A stretch of DNA of 64,000 nucleotides from a virus (IMGVR_UViG_2870609773_000001:18938-82937), one strand, 5' to 3'; numbered from the stretch's first letter, positions 28,253 to 37,645 are shown. Translations and numbers: made by a program. The notes: a model not told the origin generated them from the letters alone.

Positions 28253-29181
28253 GGGCGGATCACCTTGGGGTCTGCCGGGACGAGCGTCCCCTTGATGACG
28301 TCGAGGTCGAGGGTGCCGTGCTCGCCGATCGCGGCATAGATGCGCTTCCAGGCGTACTGCTCGCCCTTGGAGGTCAGCTTGCCGTACTTGACCTTGATGA
28401 CGGTGCCGTCCGGCATCTCGACCTTCTTCGTCGAGTTCTTCGCCTTGCCGTCCTTGATCGCCTCGGCCGTCGCCTGGTCGTGCTCGCTCCCGGCGACGCG
28501 GATGATGAGCCCGATGTGCCCCAGGAAGTCGAACACCTGGCTCTGGAGCACCTTGATGCCGCGCTCCGTCGCCCACTGCTGGACGTCGCGAGCGAACGCG
28601 CGCTTCGGCGTCAGCCCATCGGCGGCAGCGTAGGTCTCAGCCTGAGCTGCGGCGGGCTCCAGTTCGGCATTGCGGGTCTCCGCGACGACGGCGCGAGCCT
28701 CCGCCTGATCGGCCCGGTCAGACTCAGCGAGGATCATCAGAGCCAGGTCGCGGTTGCTGACCTTCTTGATGTCGAAGCGCCCGTTCTTGCGCAGCGACGG
28801 CAGCAAATCATGAGTGACCCAGCGGCGGAACGCCTTTGCTGCCGGGAGGTGACTCCGGAGGACGAGCGTGTACAGCCCCGACTCGTTGATCAGCGTGACC
28901 GACTGAATGCGCGGGTCCGAGAAGAGGTCAGGGAAGCTTAGGGCTTCTGAGCTGGCACGATCGATCGTGCGCTTCTCGTCGTCGTCGAGGCCCTTCACTG
29001 CCATCGTCACGTTGGAGTGCTTGAGGATGGCGCAGGCGTCCGGCGCGACGAACCACGGCTCATCGTCGATCATCGCGGCTCGGACCTGCTGCCCAGTGAA
29101 CGGGAACTCAAAGGGCACCAACGCCCCTGAGGTGGGGACCTCGCTGTGTCCCCGCTGGTCGAACAAGCTACCGTTGTCCAT
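28249..29181 (-). CDS. BRO-N domain antirepressor (BRO + ANT/KilAC-like C-terminus)
   Basis: VRAAMIDDEPWFVAPDAC...LINESGLYTLVLRS.LPAAKAFRRWVTHDLLPSLRKNG motif. Confidence 0.9.
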   Translation of the reverse strand: MDNGSLFDQRGHSEVPTSGALVPFEFPFTGQQVRAAMIDDEPWFVAPDACAILKHSNVTMAVKGLDDDEKRTIDRASSEALSFPDLFSDPRIQSVTLINESGLYTLVLRSHLPAAKAFRRWVTHDLLPSLRKNGRFDIKKVSNRDLALMILAESDRADQAEARAVVAETRNAELEPAAAQAETYAAADGLTPKRAFARDVQQWATERGIKVLQSQVFDFLGHIGLIIRVAGSEHDQATAEAIKDGKAKNSTKKVEMPDGTVIKVKYGKLTSKGEQYAWKRIYAAIGEHGTLDLDVIKGTLVPADPKVIRP

Positions 29182-29241
29182 GGTCGATCTCCTGGTTACG
29201 CAGGCGGTCGGCAAGCCCCGGCGGTCGTCGCAACACGACCG

Positions 29242-29400
29242 TTCGGGGCGCTCTCATTTTGAGAGCCCGAATTACTTGAATTCTACTATTCGATCTATCT
29301 AAGCGCCGGAATGAACGCATTTGCGATGATCGAATTAGTGGGCGTTTTGGCAGGTTAAACAGCGTGACGAACGCCACACTGAATTAGCCCCTTTTCTGGA
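29242..29400 (-). promoter_or_regulatory. AT-rich promoter region of antirepressor operon
   Basis: Minus-strand TAGAAT -10 at 29280-29285 inside imperfect palindrome TTGAAT-N6-ATTCGA; hairpin at 29242-29271. Confidence 0.5.
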
Positions 29401-29408
29401 GGATGCGT

Positions 29409-29672
29409 TTATTGCGGCGGCTCGGGACGGGCGTGCTCGACGCTCCCGAATATCCGCATGCACTGGCATCCGTCCACCGGACCCCACGACGGGCAGACGG
29501 ACGTCACGCCCGCCTTCTCACACCCGCACGGCTCGTTCCAGAACGGGCCAACGCACCCGCACCGATCGTCGTTGTGCCATGCGTTCACCAGGCGAAGACA
29601 CTTGTCGCACGCCAGGAACGGGTTCGCGAATGTGACGTAGACGTGGGTTCTCGTGCACGTTGCGGTCAGCAT
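29409..29672 (-). CDS. Cys-rich hypothetical protein
   Basis: Many CxC/CxxC pairs; coupled. Confidence 0.55.
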   Translation of the reverse strand: MLTATCTRTHVYVTFANPFLACDKCLRLVNAWHNDDRCGCVGPFWNEPCGCEKAGVTSVCPSWGPVDGCQCMRIFGSVEHARPEPPQ

Positions 29673-29980
29673 CAGTGATCCCCCTCGTTGCGTGATCGCC
29701 ACTCCACGATTCGACCAGCCCCAGGGTTGGGCGTCACCACATGCTCGAACTTCGCGCGCTTCAGTTCGGCCCTCGCCGCGTCTCTCTCCCGTACGAACCA
29801 CAGCGCCAAGTACCACGTCGCCACCTGAAGCAGCGTCGTCCCGGACAAGGCGGGCCACTCCTCGGGAGCGAACACCCGGTACAGCCATGCGGCCAACTCC
29901 AGCGGGATCATCACCTTCAGGAAGCCCGCCGCCTCGCTACTGGCAGGGTCGGCGTACACCCGCCAGGCTCGGCGGATCAC
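29672..29980 (-). CDS. Small membrane protein
   Basis: Two hydrophobic segments; GTGA overlap. Confidence 0.55.
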   Translation of the reverse strand: MIRRAWRVYADPASSEAAGFLKVMIPLELAAWLYRVFAPEEWPALSGTTLLQVATWYLALWFVRERDAARAELKRAKFEHVVTPNPGAGRIVEWRSRNEGDH

Positions 29981-30426
29981 TCGCCCCACTCCGGCTTGAA
30001 CCCTGGACGGTGGCGGTAGCCGACCACGAGCATGTCTATCGCTTCCCGCATGCCCCACCAGAAGTCCGGCGTCGTCCCCGGCTCGTCCGGTCCTTCGCAC
30101 CGGGCGATCAGCGCCAGTTCGGCTTCGCACCGGGCGATCGTGTCCCTGGGCTGCTGAAGCACGATGTGGTCTGCGGCTTCCCGCTCCCACACTCCGCCAC
30201 CGTCGTCGTAGTTGAGGGTGGCGACCCTGAGCAGGACGGGCACCTCGCCCTCCAGCTCGTAGTTCCACTCGGTCTCACCCGTGGGAGCGCCGTGGACCTG
30301 CCAGGCGTCGCCGTCGCCGTCCTGTCCGGTGTTCACCCACGGGCCGGGCGCGACCTCGTCGGCAGCCTTCGCAACTTCGAGTTCGGCATTGATCGTGGCT
30401 CTGAGCCACGAGAGCAGTTCGGTCAC
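29977..30426 (-). CDS. DUF6221-like actinophage protein
   Basis: LLSWLRATI...ADHI....PRDTIARCEA...GYRHRPGFKPEW motif. Confidence 0.75.
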   Translation of the reverse strand: MTELLSWLRATINAELEVAKAADEVAPGPWVNTGQDGDGDAWQVHGAPTGETEWNYELEGEVPVLLRVATLNYDDGGGVWEREAADHIVLQQPRDTIARCEAELALIARCEGPDEPGTTPDFWWGMREAIDMLVVGYRHRPGFKPEWGE

Positions 30427-30740
30427 CAGCGCCACTGGTCCTTGTCACGCAGCCGCTCGAAGGCTGCCCGAAACGCTGCGCCGATCTTTGCGGCGTCGGG
30501 ATCCTTGATCGTCATGTCCGAGATGTTGACCACCGGCGCAGGCTGCAGCTCAGCGTCCCGGTCCACGATCTCCACCGTCTGCGAAACGATGAGGTGCGTT
30601 CGTGAGCCGCACTGCTTCGCGAACTCGTACAGCAACTCCTTGTTGACGCCCTCTTCGGCCTGGTCGAAGACCAGCGCGAACGGCTCTTCCAAGTCGTCGC
30701 CGACCATCACGGCGGGGAGAGGAAGGATCTGGATACGCAT
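30423..30740 (-). CDS. Hypothetical protein
   Basis: MRIQILPLP...EPFALVFDQ; coupled. Confidence 0.65.
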   Translation of the reverse strand: MRIQILPLPAVMVGDDLEEPFALVFDQAEEGVNKELLYEFAKQCGSRTHLIVSQTVEIVDRDAELQPAPVVNISDMTIKDPDAAKIGAAFRAAFERLRDKDQWRW

Positions 30741-31105
30741 CAGGCGTCCGCCTCATCCACGCGCGCCCACACGTTGTCGCACGCCTCATGGACGGCCCGC
30801 CACAACTCCTGCTGGCGCTCGCTCATCCTGTTGTGCCCTGGAAGTGCCGCTTCGGCCCACCCGTCGCGCATGAGTTCGACGGCTTCCACGAGGGCGCGCA
30901 CCTCGATGGGCAGTGCGTCCAGCGCAGTCAGCTCGCCGCGCGCAGGATGCCGGAACAGGACGAGACTGCCTCCGGCTGCGAAGGTTTCGATCTGCTGGCG
31001 AAGCTCCTGGATTTGCGCGTCGTAGGCGATGGTGCAGTGGTCGTTGGACTCCATCGAGTCGAGGAGCGCCTTGACGTCGTCAGGGTTGAGGCTGAGGTAC
31101 TTCAT
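30740..31105 (-). CDS. Hypothetical protein
   Basis: TGATG coupling. Confidence 0.55.
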   Translation of the reverse strand: MKYLSLNPDDVKALLDSMESNDHCTIAYDAQIQELRQQIETFAAGGSLVLFRHPARGELTALDALPIEVRALVEAVELMRDGWAEAALPGHNRMSERQQELWRAVHEACDNVWARVDEADA

Positions 31106-31401
31106 CAGCGCGTCCCCCACGTCATCGAGGGAACCGGCTCGTACGTCTCGGCGAACACGTCCTCAGCGACCGGGTGGAACTTGCCCTTGGCGTCCCTGAC
31201 GATCCACTGCCCGTCGTACACCTCCACCCACGTGCCGTGCACCGGGTGACGGACAGCGGCGGTCTGCTCGGGGTCGTCTCCCCGGTCCTCCGGATCTACG
31301 GCCTCAAAGTCGCTGCCCGCGAAGGCGACCAGCTCGGCCTCGTTGCTCCCCGTCCACTGGACGGCGGTGACCTCTACGGGCTTCTTCCTGAAGCGGCGCA
31401 T
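31105..31401 (-). CDS. Widespread conserved phage protein (RKKPVxVxAxQW...DxFxxTYE family)
   Basis: Recognisable motif; function uncertain. Confidence 0.7.
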   Translation of the reverse strand: MRRFRKKPVEVTAVQWTGSNEAELVAFAGSDFEAVDPEDRGDDPEQTAAVRHPVHGTWVEVYDGQWIVRDAKGKFHPVAEDVFAETYEPVPSMTWGTR

Positions 31402-31652
31402 CACGGGTGCGCCAGGTGCCAGGTACCGCCACGGCACTCGTCCTGATCCTGGTGCACACCCCGGTTGAAGAACATGCCCTCGGGGTTAAGCACCGCGAGA
31501 TTCACGTGGCCAACCCAGTGATCCTCGGTGGGTCCGTGCTGGTAGGTGTCCACATCGGTCACGATGGCGGCCCGGCAGACGCTCGGGTACTCGCCTCCGG
31601 GTGTGCCGTACGACTGGTAGTGAACGATCTGCCCGATGTAGGGCTTCTTCAT
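31401..31652 (-). CDS. Conserved actinophage protein (GxIVHY.SYGTPGGEY...RAAIVT family)
   Basis: Recognisable motif; GGAG RBS. Confidence 0.75.
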   Translation of the reverse strand: MKKPYIGQIVHYQSYGTPGGEYPSVCRAAIVTDVDTYQHGPTEDHWVGHVNLAVLNPEGMFFNRGVHQDQDECRGGTWHLAHP

Positions 31653-31688
31653 GGCGATCTCCACGGAGGGTTGTAGGGGGTCTTTGTG

Positions 31689-31864
31689 GTGCGGCCCGGC
31701 CAAGACCCCCCAGCCAGGCGGGGCCGCACGTTCGAGGGGGTGGGTGGTCCTGGCCCTTGCTTCCCTCGCCAGAGGACAAGGGCCAGGACACCTGGGTGGA
31801 GGCTCAACGCAGGACCATCGGGGCAAGTCCAGCGGAACCCGCGCGTCGCCCCTGGGGCACGCGC
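31689..31864 (-). other. Three-hairpin structured intergenic segment
   Basis: Stems 31689-97/31721-29, 31747-59/31777-89 (13 bp), 31841-64. Confidence 0.55.
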
Positions 31865-31887
31865 GCTCTTGGGGAATCTAAGGCTGT

Positions 31888-32133
31888 CTAGGCTGCGCGG
31901 TGGACGCGCTTGTCGCTGCCCGACGTGCGGACCGCAGCCTCATACGCGAGACGATCCGCCTCATCCACATCCGCGACCTTGAACAGGCGCCGGCGAGGCG
32001 GACAGCCAGGGATCGGGGCGAGGTAGCCGATCCGCACCCACCGATCCACCGTCGCCGGCTTGACGCCCTTCAGTACGGCAGCCTGCTGGCGGGTCACGCA
32101 CGGTTCGCCGTCCGGGTCGTAGTGGAAGCGCAT
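31888..32133 (-). CDS. MerR/excisionase-like HTH protein (possible late regulator)
   Basis: VTRQQAAVLKGVKPATVDRWVRIGYL...LFKVADV. Confidence 0.75.
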   Translation of the reverse strand: MRFHYDPDGEPCVTRQQAAVLKGVKPATVDRWVRIGYLAPIPGCPPRRRLFKVADVDEADRLAYEAAVRTSGSDKRVHRAA

Positions 32134-32407
32134 CCGGGGCACCCCCAGACACGCGAAAGCCCCGGCGCTGAAAGCGTTCCGGGGCATAGATCGTCCGCTG
32201 TTTCCCAACGTTAGACCGCTCGCGATGGACTTGTCCAATTCTCGTCAGACGACTCGCCGCACAACTGTTCACACAGGCGCTTGCGCTGCTGCGGCGTGAG
32301 CCGGACAGGCCACACCGCAGGCAGCAGCAGCACATCCCCGTTGGGCATGCGGACAACGTCGAGAGGAGAGTCAGGGGAGGCGTTCACAGTGGGGTCATCT
32401 TCCCACG

Positions 32408-33193
32408 TCACGATGCCTTGCGCGTCTTGCGAACCTCTTCTGCCATCTCCTGGTACTCCGACCATTTCAAGACCCGTTCGCACGTTCGGCGGCGGCACGT
32501 CACCTTGTCCTCGCCGACCTTCCGTTCCAGCGTGAGGCCCTTGCATTCGGGGCAGCGCGCCGCCCGGAGAGGTTCGACGACGACGTCTGACGGGTCGTAG
32601 CGGACGAGCCTGCCGTACCAGCGGGCGATCTCCTCGCCGAACAACAGCGCCAGGTCGGCGTGTCCGAGGATGCGTTCGGCGCGGGCGACCAGCCACGAGG
32701 CGCCCAGCGTGATCGAGTCCGCGAGCATGCCCTGCCTAGCCATCGTCTCCGCTCCGAGATAGGACGCCTTCCAATCCCGGAGCCAGCCGTCCAGCTCGTC
32801 GATGTCGTCGATCGTCGGCGACAGCGACGGCGGCTCGCTGCCCTTGCTCGACACCTTCGCCTGGTCGGTCTGGCCGCGGAACCCGTCCGCTTCCCGCAGG
32901 TACACGCACGCGGCGCCATCGAGTTTGGACAGCTTCGACTTGAGGCCGTACATGCAGTCCGGGCAGTAGACCGGCTCCCCCTCCACCCGGTACGGCAGGC
33001 GCGGCTCGTCGGGTTCGGCGGGCTCTTCGGGCCACACGAGCGGGGCGTGCCAGGCCGCGGCGTCCGATCGCCACTGTTGGTGGTCGGCCCGGTAGACGAC
33101 GTAGGCGGCTTCGTAGGTGCGGACCTTGCGCCGGTAGCCGTTCATGCATGCGCCGGCACACAGGCGTTCGAGGTCGTAGGTGCGCTGGGACAT
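32408..33193 (-). CDS. Actinophage Zn-ribbon protein preceding late-regulator HTH
   Basis: CPDC and C-terminal CPEC...C...C; typical position. Confidence 0.7.
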   Translation of the reverse strand: MSQRTYDLERLCAGACMNGYRRKVRTYEAAYVVYRADHQQWRSDAAAWHAPLVWPEEPAEPDEPRLPYRVEGEPVYCPDCMYGLKSKLSKLDGAACVYLREADGFRGQTDQAKVSSKGSEPPSLSPTIDDIDELDGWLRDWKASYLGAETMARQGMLADSITLGASWLVARAERILGHADLALLFGEEIARWYGRLVRYDPSDVVVEPLRAARCPECKGLTLERKVGEDKVTCRRRTCERVLKWSEYQEMAEEVRKTRKAS

Positions 33194-33356
33194 TTCGGCC
33201 TCCCCCGAATGTACGCTTGCGGGTAGGCCACTGGTGGTGACGGTGGTGGGCGAGGGATTTCGTAGTGGGGTCGAGGCGGTCTCCTGTTCGTGGCAGGAGG
33301 CCGCTTTCGCGTTCAAGGTCAAATATGCCACGTTTCTGCAGGTGGCATCTCCCTGG

Positions 33357-33656
33357 TCAGTTTCCAGACTGGTGCTTGCCGCGGAGCCGCGTCCAACCCC
33401 ACAGGCAGCCCCACGCGGCGAGGGCGCCCAATGTGAGAGCCACAGCCGCGGTCCGCATCCCGATCGTCCAGAGGAAGGCGAAGACGGCGACGGCGCCGGC
33501 GATGCGTGCCGCCGTCTCGAGCCATCCAAGCCAGCGTCTCCAGCCCGGCGCGGCGACGGCAGCGGCTGGCAGGGGTTCCCACAGCGTGCCGCAGTCGGGG
33601 CAGCGCCATGGATCGGTGTTGTGGGTGTCGGGGCGGACACACTGGTGGCCGGTCAA
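33357..33656 (-). CDS. Small membrane protein with N-terminal Zn ribbon (start uncertain)
   Basis: HQC...WRCPDCG plus two TM segments. Confidence 0.45.
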   Translation of the reverse strand: MTGHQCVRPDTHNTDPWRCPDCGTLWEPLPAAAVAAPGWRRWLGWLETAARIAGAVAVFAFLWTIGMRTAAVALTLGALAAWGCLWGWTRLRGKHQSGN

Positions 33657-33682
33657 GGCGTCGTCCTTCCAGCCGCCGATCT

Positions 33683-33922
33683 CTACTGCAGCGCCCCTCT
33701 GATGTCGCAGCGGTAGAGGCACTTCCAGCGGCCGATGATGTACTTCGGAGTGCGGTCCCCCAGATCCGGCGTGCTGATCCTGCTCACGTCGATAGTGGTG
33801 CCGCAGACCGGGCAGGCCGGCCACTCCTGGGCGTTCCACTCCTGGTCAGTGAAGGTGGTGGTGCCCCGGTCCTCCTCAGGGTCGAGGTTGAGCGTCTCGG
33901 GGTTGATGTGCCACCGCGTCAT
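33683..33922 (-). CDS. Small Zn-ribbon protein
   Basis: CPVCG...C...C; coupled. Confidence 0.6.
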   Translation of the reverse strand: MTRWHINPETLNLDPEEDRGTTTFTDQEWNAQEWPACPVCGTTIDVSRISTPDLGDRTPKYIIGRWKCLYRCDIRGALQ

Positions 33923-34155
33923 GCCGTCTCCTCCAGCAGGTCCGTCTGGCCGTCAACGTCCCATCCTGTCGGGACACCTGTGATGCGTACAGGCTTGCGG
34001 GAGACGATGCCGAGCGCCTTCCTGCAGTCCGGGCCTATCCCGTAGGCGAGGGACACAGGGTCTTGGAGCTTGTGGCGGCAGCAGCGGCAGCGGCCTACCG
34101 TGGGCGTCTCCCCCGCGGCTGGAGTGTCCGGCTCGTCGAGGTCCAGGAGGTTCAC
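33919..34155 (-). CDS. DUF6011-like Zn-finger protein
   Basis: CRCCRHKLQDPVSLAYGIGPDC motif. Confidence 0.75.
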   Translation of the reverse strand: MNLLDLDEPDTPAAGETPTVGRCRCCRHKLQDPVSLAYGIGPDCRKALGIVSRKPVRITGVPTGWDVDGQTDLLEETA

Positions 34156-34553
34156 GGCTCGTCCTCGCCCGCAGCGTCGAACAGCTCGTTGGCGAGCCCG
34201 TGAAGGATGTCGCCCATGTTGAGTGCCACCCTGGCGAGGATGGCCGGGTCGACGTCGGGGAGGCGGTGGCGTAGGGCTTCCACCATGGCGGCTCGTACGC
34301 GCCGTTCTGCTACCTGGGCGGGTGTTGGTGCGTCGATGAGCCCGGCCAAGGTGAGCGCCTCGTCCTTGTCCAAACCGAGCACGTCGGCGAGGCTCGTGAC
34401 CGTCCTGGCGAGCGGAAGCGTCGGCTGGGTTGCTAACCGGTCGTAGGTGACGCGGCTGATGCCGGCCTTGTCGCACAGAGCCATCTTGGTCATTCCGAGT
34501 CGCGTCCGCTCCAGTTCGGCGCGGCGATGGAAGGCTGCTGCCACAGCGGTCAC
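34152..34553 (-). CDS. XRE-family HTH protein
   Basis: RTRLGMTKMALCDKAGISRVTYDRL...LADVLGLD. Confidence 0.75.
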   Translation of the reverse strand: MTAVAAAFHRRAELERTRLGMTKMALCDKAGISRVTYDRLATQPTLPLARTVTSLADVLGLDKDEALTLAGLIDAPTPAQVAERRVRAAMVEALRHRLPDVDPAILARVALNMGDILHGLANELFDAAGEDEP

Positions 34554-34599
34554 GTGTTCTCCTCGGGGGCTGTCGTCTCAGGCGGCAGGCTAGAGCCGA

Positions 34600-34812
34600 T
34601 CACGGACGCCGCCTCTCGGCAATCTGCTTGTTGATCTCAGCAACCCTCTTCCAGTTCTGCTCAGCGGACTTCCATGACTCCTCAGCGCGCTTCCAGTTGG
34701 CGATCGTTTCCTTCGCGGACCGTCGTATCTGGATCAAGGTGTGGATGGAGAACACCAGCGCTGCGGCAGAGAATGCGAGCACGCCGTACGCGATCAAGGC
34801 AGCCGTGGTCAT
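34600..34812 (-). CDS. Small TM + coiled-coil protein
   Basis: N-terminal hydrophobic helix; WK heptad repeats. Confidence 0.55.
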   Translation of the reverse strand: MTTAALIAYGVLAFSAAALVFSIHTLIQIRRSAKETIANWKRAEESWKSAEQNWKRVAEINKQIAERRRP

Positions 34813-35135
34813 CGGTCCTCCTCTGGCGGCAGGCTAGCGGCCTCCGGGTCGTCGAGGGCGGCACGGAGGCGGGCGACGAGTACAGAGTCGTCTGCGTCAA
34901 AGCGATGCATGGCGAACTGCTCGGCGCGATCAAGTACGTGGCGGCAGTCGGCCTCGGAGACGACGACCAAGCCCGCCACTGTGAGGGCGTCTACGGCGAT
35001 CCTGGCGGCGTCTTCAGCCTCTCTGCCGGACAGCGGGATGGCCTTGTCCAGCATGGCGTCGGTGAGGGCACGCTTCCCGAGGCGGAGCCTCAGGTGCTCA
35101 CGGAGAGCCTTCTCGATCACCTCAGTGGGCGTCAT
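34809..35135 (-). CDS. Hypothetical protein
   Basis: Coupled ORF. Confidence 0.55.
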   Translation of the reverse strand: MTPTEVIEKALREHLRLRLGKRALTDAMLDKAIPLSGREAEDAARIAVDALTVAGLVVVSEADCRHVLDRAEQFAMHRFDADDSVLVARLRAALDDPEAASLPPEEDR

Positions 35136-35440
35136 TGGTCTCCCCCTCCGATCAGGTGCGCTGCGGCCTTGAGCGTGTCCCTCATGCGCGGGTGGTAGAC
35201 GAGCCCGTACTCCTTCAGGAAGGCGTCGAAGCGTGCGGGGTCGTAGCCGGCGCGCTTCACGTCGGCGAGGGCCAGAAGCTCCTCGGCCACCTGCTGCCGT
35301 ACCTGGGCGGCGAGGACAGGAGCAGCAACCGCCAGGATCTCTCTCGCGAACGGTTCCGCCCAGATCTTGGACGGTGTGAGACGACGCTCCAAGAGAACGC
35401 CCATGACGGCCTGTACCGCTTCCTCAGGGATGTCAGGCAC
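35132..35440 (-). CDS. Hypothetical protein
   Basis: MPDIPEEAVQA motif common in actinophage small genes. Confidence 0.55.
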   Translation of the reverse strand: MPDIPEEAVQAVMGVLLERRLTPSKIWAEPFAREILAVAAPVLAAQVRQQVAEELLALADVKRAGYDPARFDAFLKEYGLVYHPRMRDTLKAAAHLIGGGDQ

Positions 35441-35711
35441 GCTGAGCCTCCTGTACGAGGGTGAGCCGGTACCGCCACACGATCGCGTCCACGGGGCGCG
35501 TGTCGGGCAGGCGCTCGTCTCCACACGGGTCGCAGACGAGGGAGGTGTGCCGGCCGATCGTCGGCCAGTCCACGACGACGAGCTGGGCTGCGGGCATGTT
35601 GCGGCACCACTTGCAGGTGAGCGGGCTGGCCTTTGAGGCTTCTGACACTGTGGAGGGCTCCCCCAAAGGAGACTCAAAGGAGACGGCTTCTGCCGGGATG
35701 GGGTCAGGCAT
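35433..35711 (-). CDS. Zn-finger-like hypothetical protein
   Basis: CKWC...CDPC. Confidence 0.5.
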   Translation of the reverse strand: MPDPIPAEAVSFESPLGEPSTVSEASKASPLTCKWCRNMPAAQLVVVDWPTIGRHTSLVCDPCGDERLPDTRPVDAIVWRYRLTLVQEAQRA

Positions 35712-36213
35712 CGGCCACCTCTCCGAACACCTCAGGGTGGGCGGCCTTCCAGTCCGTCCAGTACGTCCACGGCTCTTCGCCGACCGTGTGGATGCGGTCC
35801 ATCACCTGCGCGAGCGTCAGCGGGCCGGGCGACTTCTCGCCCCGGATGCGCGGATGCTCCGGAACGTATGTCGGCCCGTACTCCCAGGTGCGGCGGCGGT
35901 AACCCCAGTCGTCGTCGCCCCACTTGCGGAAGATGATGCCGTTCGCGCCGCCATCGATGTCGAACGGGCGCTCAGCCATCTTCGCCTTCCACCGGTCGTT
36001 GTACCAGTGGTCGATGTACTGGTCCAGGAAGGAGGCGAGCATGCGCACCTCCTGGTCGGTGGGGCGATGCCGCTCATCGTCGAGGCGTCCGGAGTCGAAC
36101 GCGACGATGTAAAACCAGCGCGGCCAGGCGTGCCCGACGACCGGGATGCGGAGCTTGGTGAGCGGATCGTGCTGGTCGGCGTCGTACGGCCAGTCGATCT
36201 CTGGAGAGGTCAC
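35704..36213 (-). CDS. Trp-rich hypothetical protein
   Basis: GTG with GAGGAGG RBS. Confidence 0.65.
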   Translation of the reverse strand: MTSPEIDWPYDADQHDPLTKLRIPVVGHAWPRWFYIVAFDSGRLDDERHRPTDQEVRMLASFLDQYIDHWYNDRWKAKMAERPFDIDGGANGIIFRKWGDDDWGYRRRTWEYGPTYVPEHPRIRGEKSPGPLTLAQVMDRIHTVGEEPWTYWTDWKAAHPEVFGEVADA

Positions 36214-36437
36214 TTCTCCTCCTCCGTCCACTCAGAGATGGTCCGGTACACAACGGTGGCGTCTGCGGGCAGTCCGTGGTGCGGCTGCCAGGCTCGCGTC
36301 TGCCGGGCGAGGTGCTGCGCCGCTTCCTTGCCGGACTCGCCGGTGCCGGCGCGGTCGTACTTGACGACCTGGCGGTCTCTGCCGTCCGTGTTGGTCCAGG
36401 CGGTCCAGCGGCAGGCGTACTCGATCACGGCAGCCAC
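36210..36437 (-). CDS. Hypothetical protein
   Basis: Coupled via GAGGAGGACTGACCC junction. Confidence 0.55.
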   Translation of the reverse strand: MAAVIEYACRWTAWTNTDGRDRQVVKYDRAGTGESGKEAAQHLARQTRAWQPHHGLPADATVVYRTISEWTEEEK

Positions 36438-36440
36438 GGG

Positions 36441-36728
36441 TCAGTCCTCCTCGGGTTCGGTGACGACCAGACGGGAGGCAACCACGGCGCGTCTATGCGC
36501 CACTGTCCAACCGTCACGCTCCAGGGCGGCGATCAGTTCCGCCGCAGCGGGCGACTCGGCGCGCGGGTCGTCGAACTTGTCGAGCAGATGGACGAGCACC
36601 TGCTTACGGCCGTCGTCCAACGACTCGGTGCCGCCCACCATGTGGACGATCTGCTTGGTCTTCGTCTCTCGAACGGCCTGCTCTACGCGGGTGCGGGACA
36701 GGCGGAGGCGGCGAGGCTTCGCGGGCAT
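36441..36728 (-). CDS. Hypothetical protein
   Basis: Same junction motif; ends EED. Confidence 0.6.
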   Translation of the reverse strand: MPAKPRRLRLSRTRVEQAVRETKTKQIVHMVGGTESLDDGRKQVLVHLLDKFDDPRAESPAAAELIAALERDGWTVAHRRAVVASRLVVTEPEED

Positions 36729-36732
36729 CGGG

Positions 36733-37038
36733 TCAGTCCTCCTCTCCGAGCGCCAGGAACGCGCACCGCAGGGCGTACTTGTCCGGGTAGTCGGAGTGAC
36801 CCGCCGCGGACTGTTCGATGCGTCGCACCTGCTCCAACGTGGCGGGCTCCAGTCCGCGCTTCTCGCGGATCTCGTTGACGAGGGCGAGCATCCGTTCCGC
36901 CTCGTAGGCCACCCAGGCGCATTCCGGCCCGTACGGCCCTTCCACGATCTCGGACCTCTTGTGCCGCTGATGAGTGGCGAAGCGGAGCTTGGCGAGGAAA
37001 AGATCGCGGGTCTGTGCGCGAGTGATCACATCGGCCAT
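36733..37038 (-). CDS. Conserved phage hypothetical protein
   Basis: ERMLALVNEIR...VRRIEQSAAGHSDY..KYALRC motif. Confidence 0.7.
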   Translation of the reverse strand: MADVITRAQTRDLFLAKLRFATHQRHKRSEIVEGPYGPECAWVAYEAERMLALVNEIREKRGLEPATLEQVRRIEQSAAGHSDYPDKYALRCAFLALGEED

Positions 37039-37041
37039 CGG

Positions 37042-37329
37042 TCAGTCCTCCTTCGGGGAGTCCGGGGAGGCGGCCTCGGTTGCCTTGTCGAACTCGGCGA
37101 AACGGTCGTCCGCAGGCGTCCACAGCCCGTAGTTCACGGTCTTCGTCCGCTCGGCGATCCTGCCGCCCTTGTCGCGGGCCTTGATCTCAGCGAGGCGGCG
37201 AGGGAACGGGCCCTCGACTACCAGCGTGCGATGCCTGACGTAGATGACCGCGAACTCTATGGTCATCTCCTCCGCGCCGGGCAGGGCATCGGACAGCGCC
37301 TCGTACTCGTTGTCGGTGAAGTCGTCCAT
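37042..37329 (-). CDS. Hypothetical protein
   Basis: ATG 37329 with GAAGG RBS. Confidence 0.55.
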   Translation of the reverse strand: MDDFTDNEYEALSDALPGAEEMTIEFAVIYVRHRTLVVEGPFPRRLAEIKARDKGGRIAERTKTVNYGLWTPADDRFAEFDKATEAASPDSPKED

Positions 37330-37444
37330 GTCGCCTTCCTTGTCGCCTTCCTTGGTCGTCTCAGGGTGTCTGGTCTTTGCGCTCTCTTCGCGTTCCGCGC
37401 GCTGTCCGGCCTGTATGCCGGGAAAAGAGAGCAGGGGTCGGGGG

Positions 37445-37645
37445 TCAGTCGGGCGGGAACAAACTGGACAGCGGGTTGCCGCAGACAAGGCAGGACAGCG
37501 CGTCCGGGGCTGCCGGACGCCCCTCGGGAGGCTCGCCGCACAAGCGGCAACGGGAGGCGGGGCGAGGCCGGCGGAAGAGGGACCGCATGCCCTCGACGAA
37601 CACGGCGGCGAACTCAGCGGGAGTGCGAGGCAGGTAGGCGAGCAC
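37445..37645 (-). CDS. Small Zn-finger-like protein
   Basis: CRLC...CLVC; GAGGAG RBS. Confidence 0.5.
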   Translation of the reverse strand: MLAYLPRTPAEFAAVFVEGMRSLFRRPRPASRCRLCGEPPEGRPAAPDALSCLVCGNPLSSLFPPD

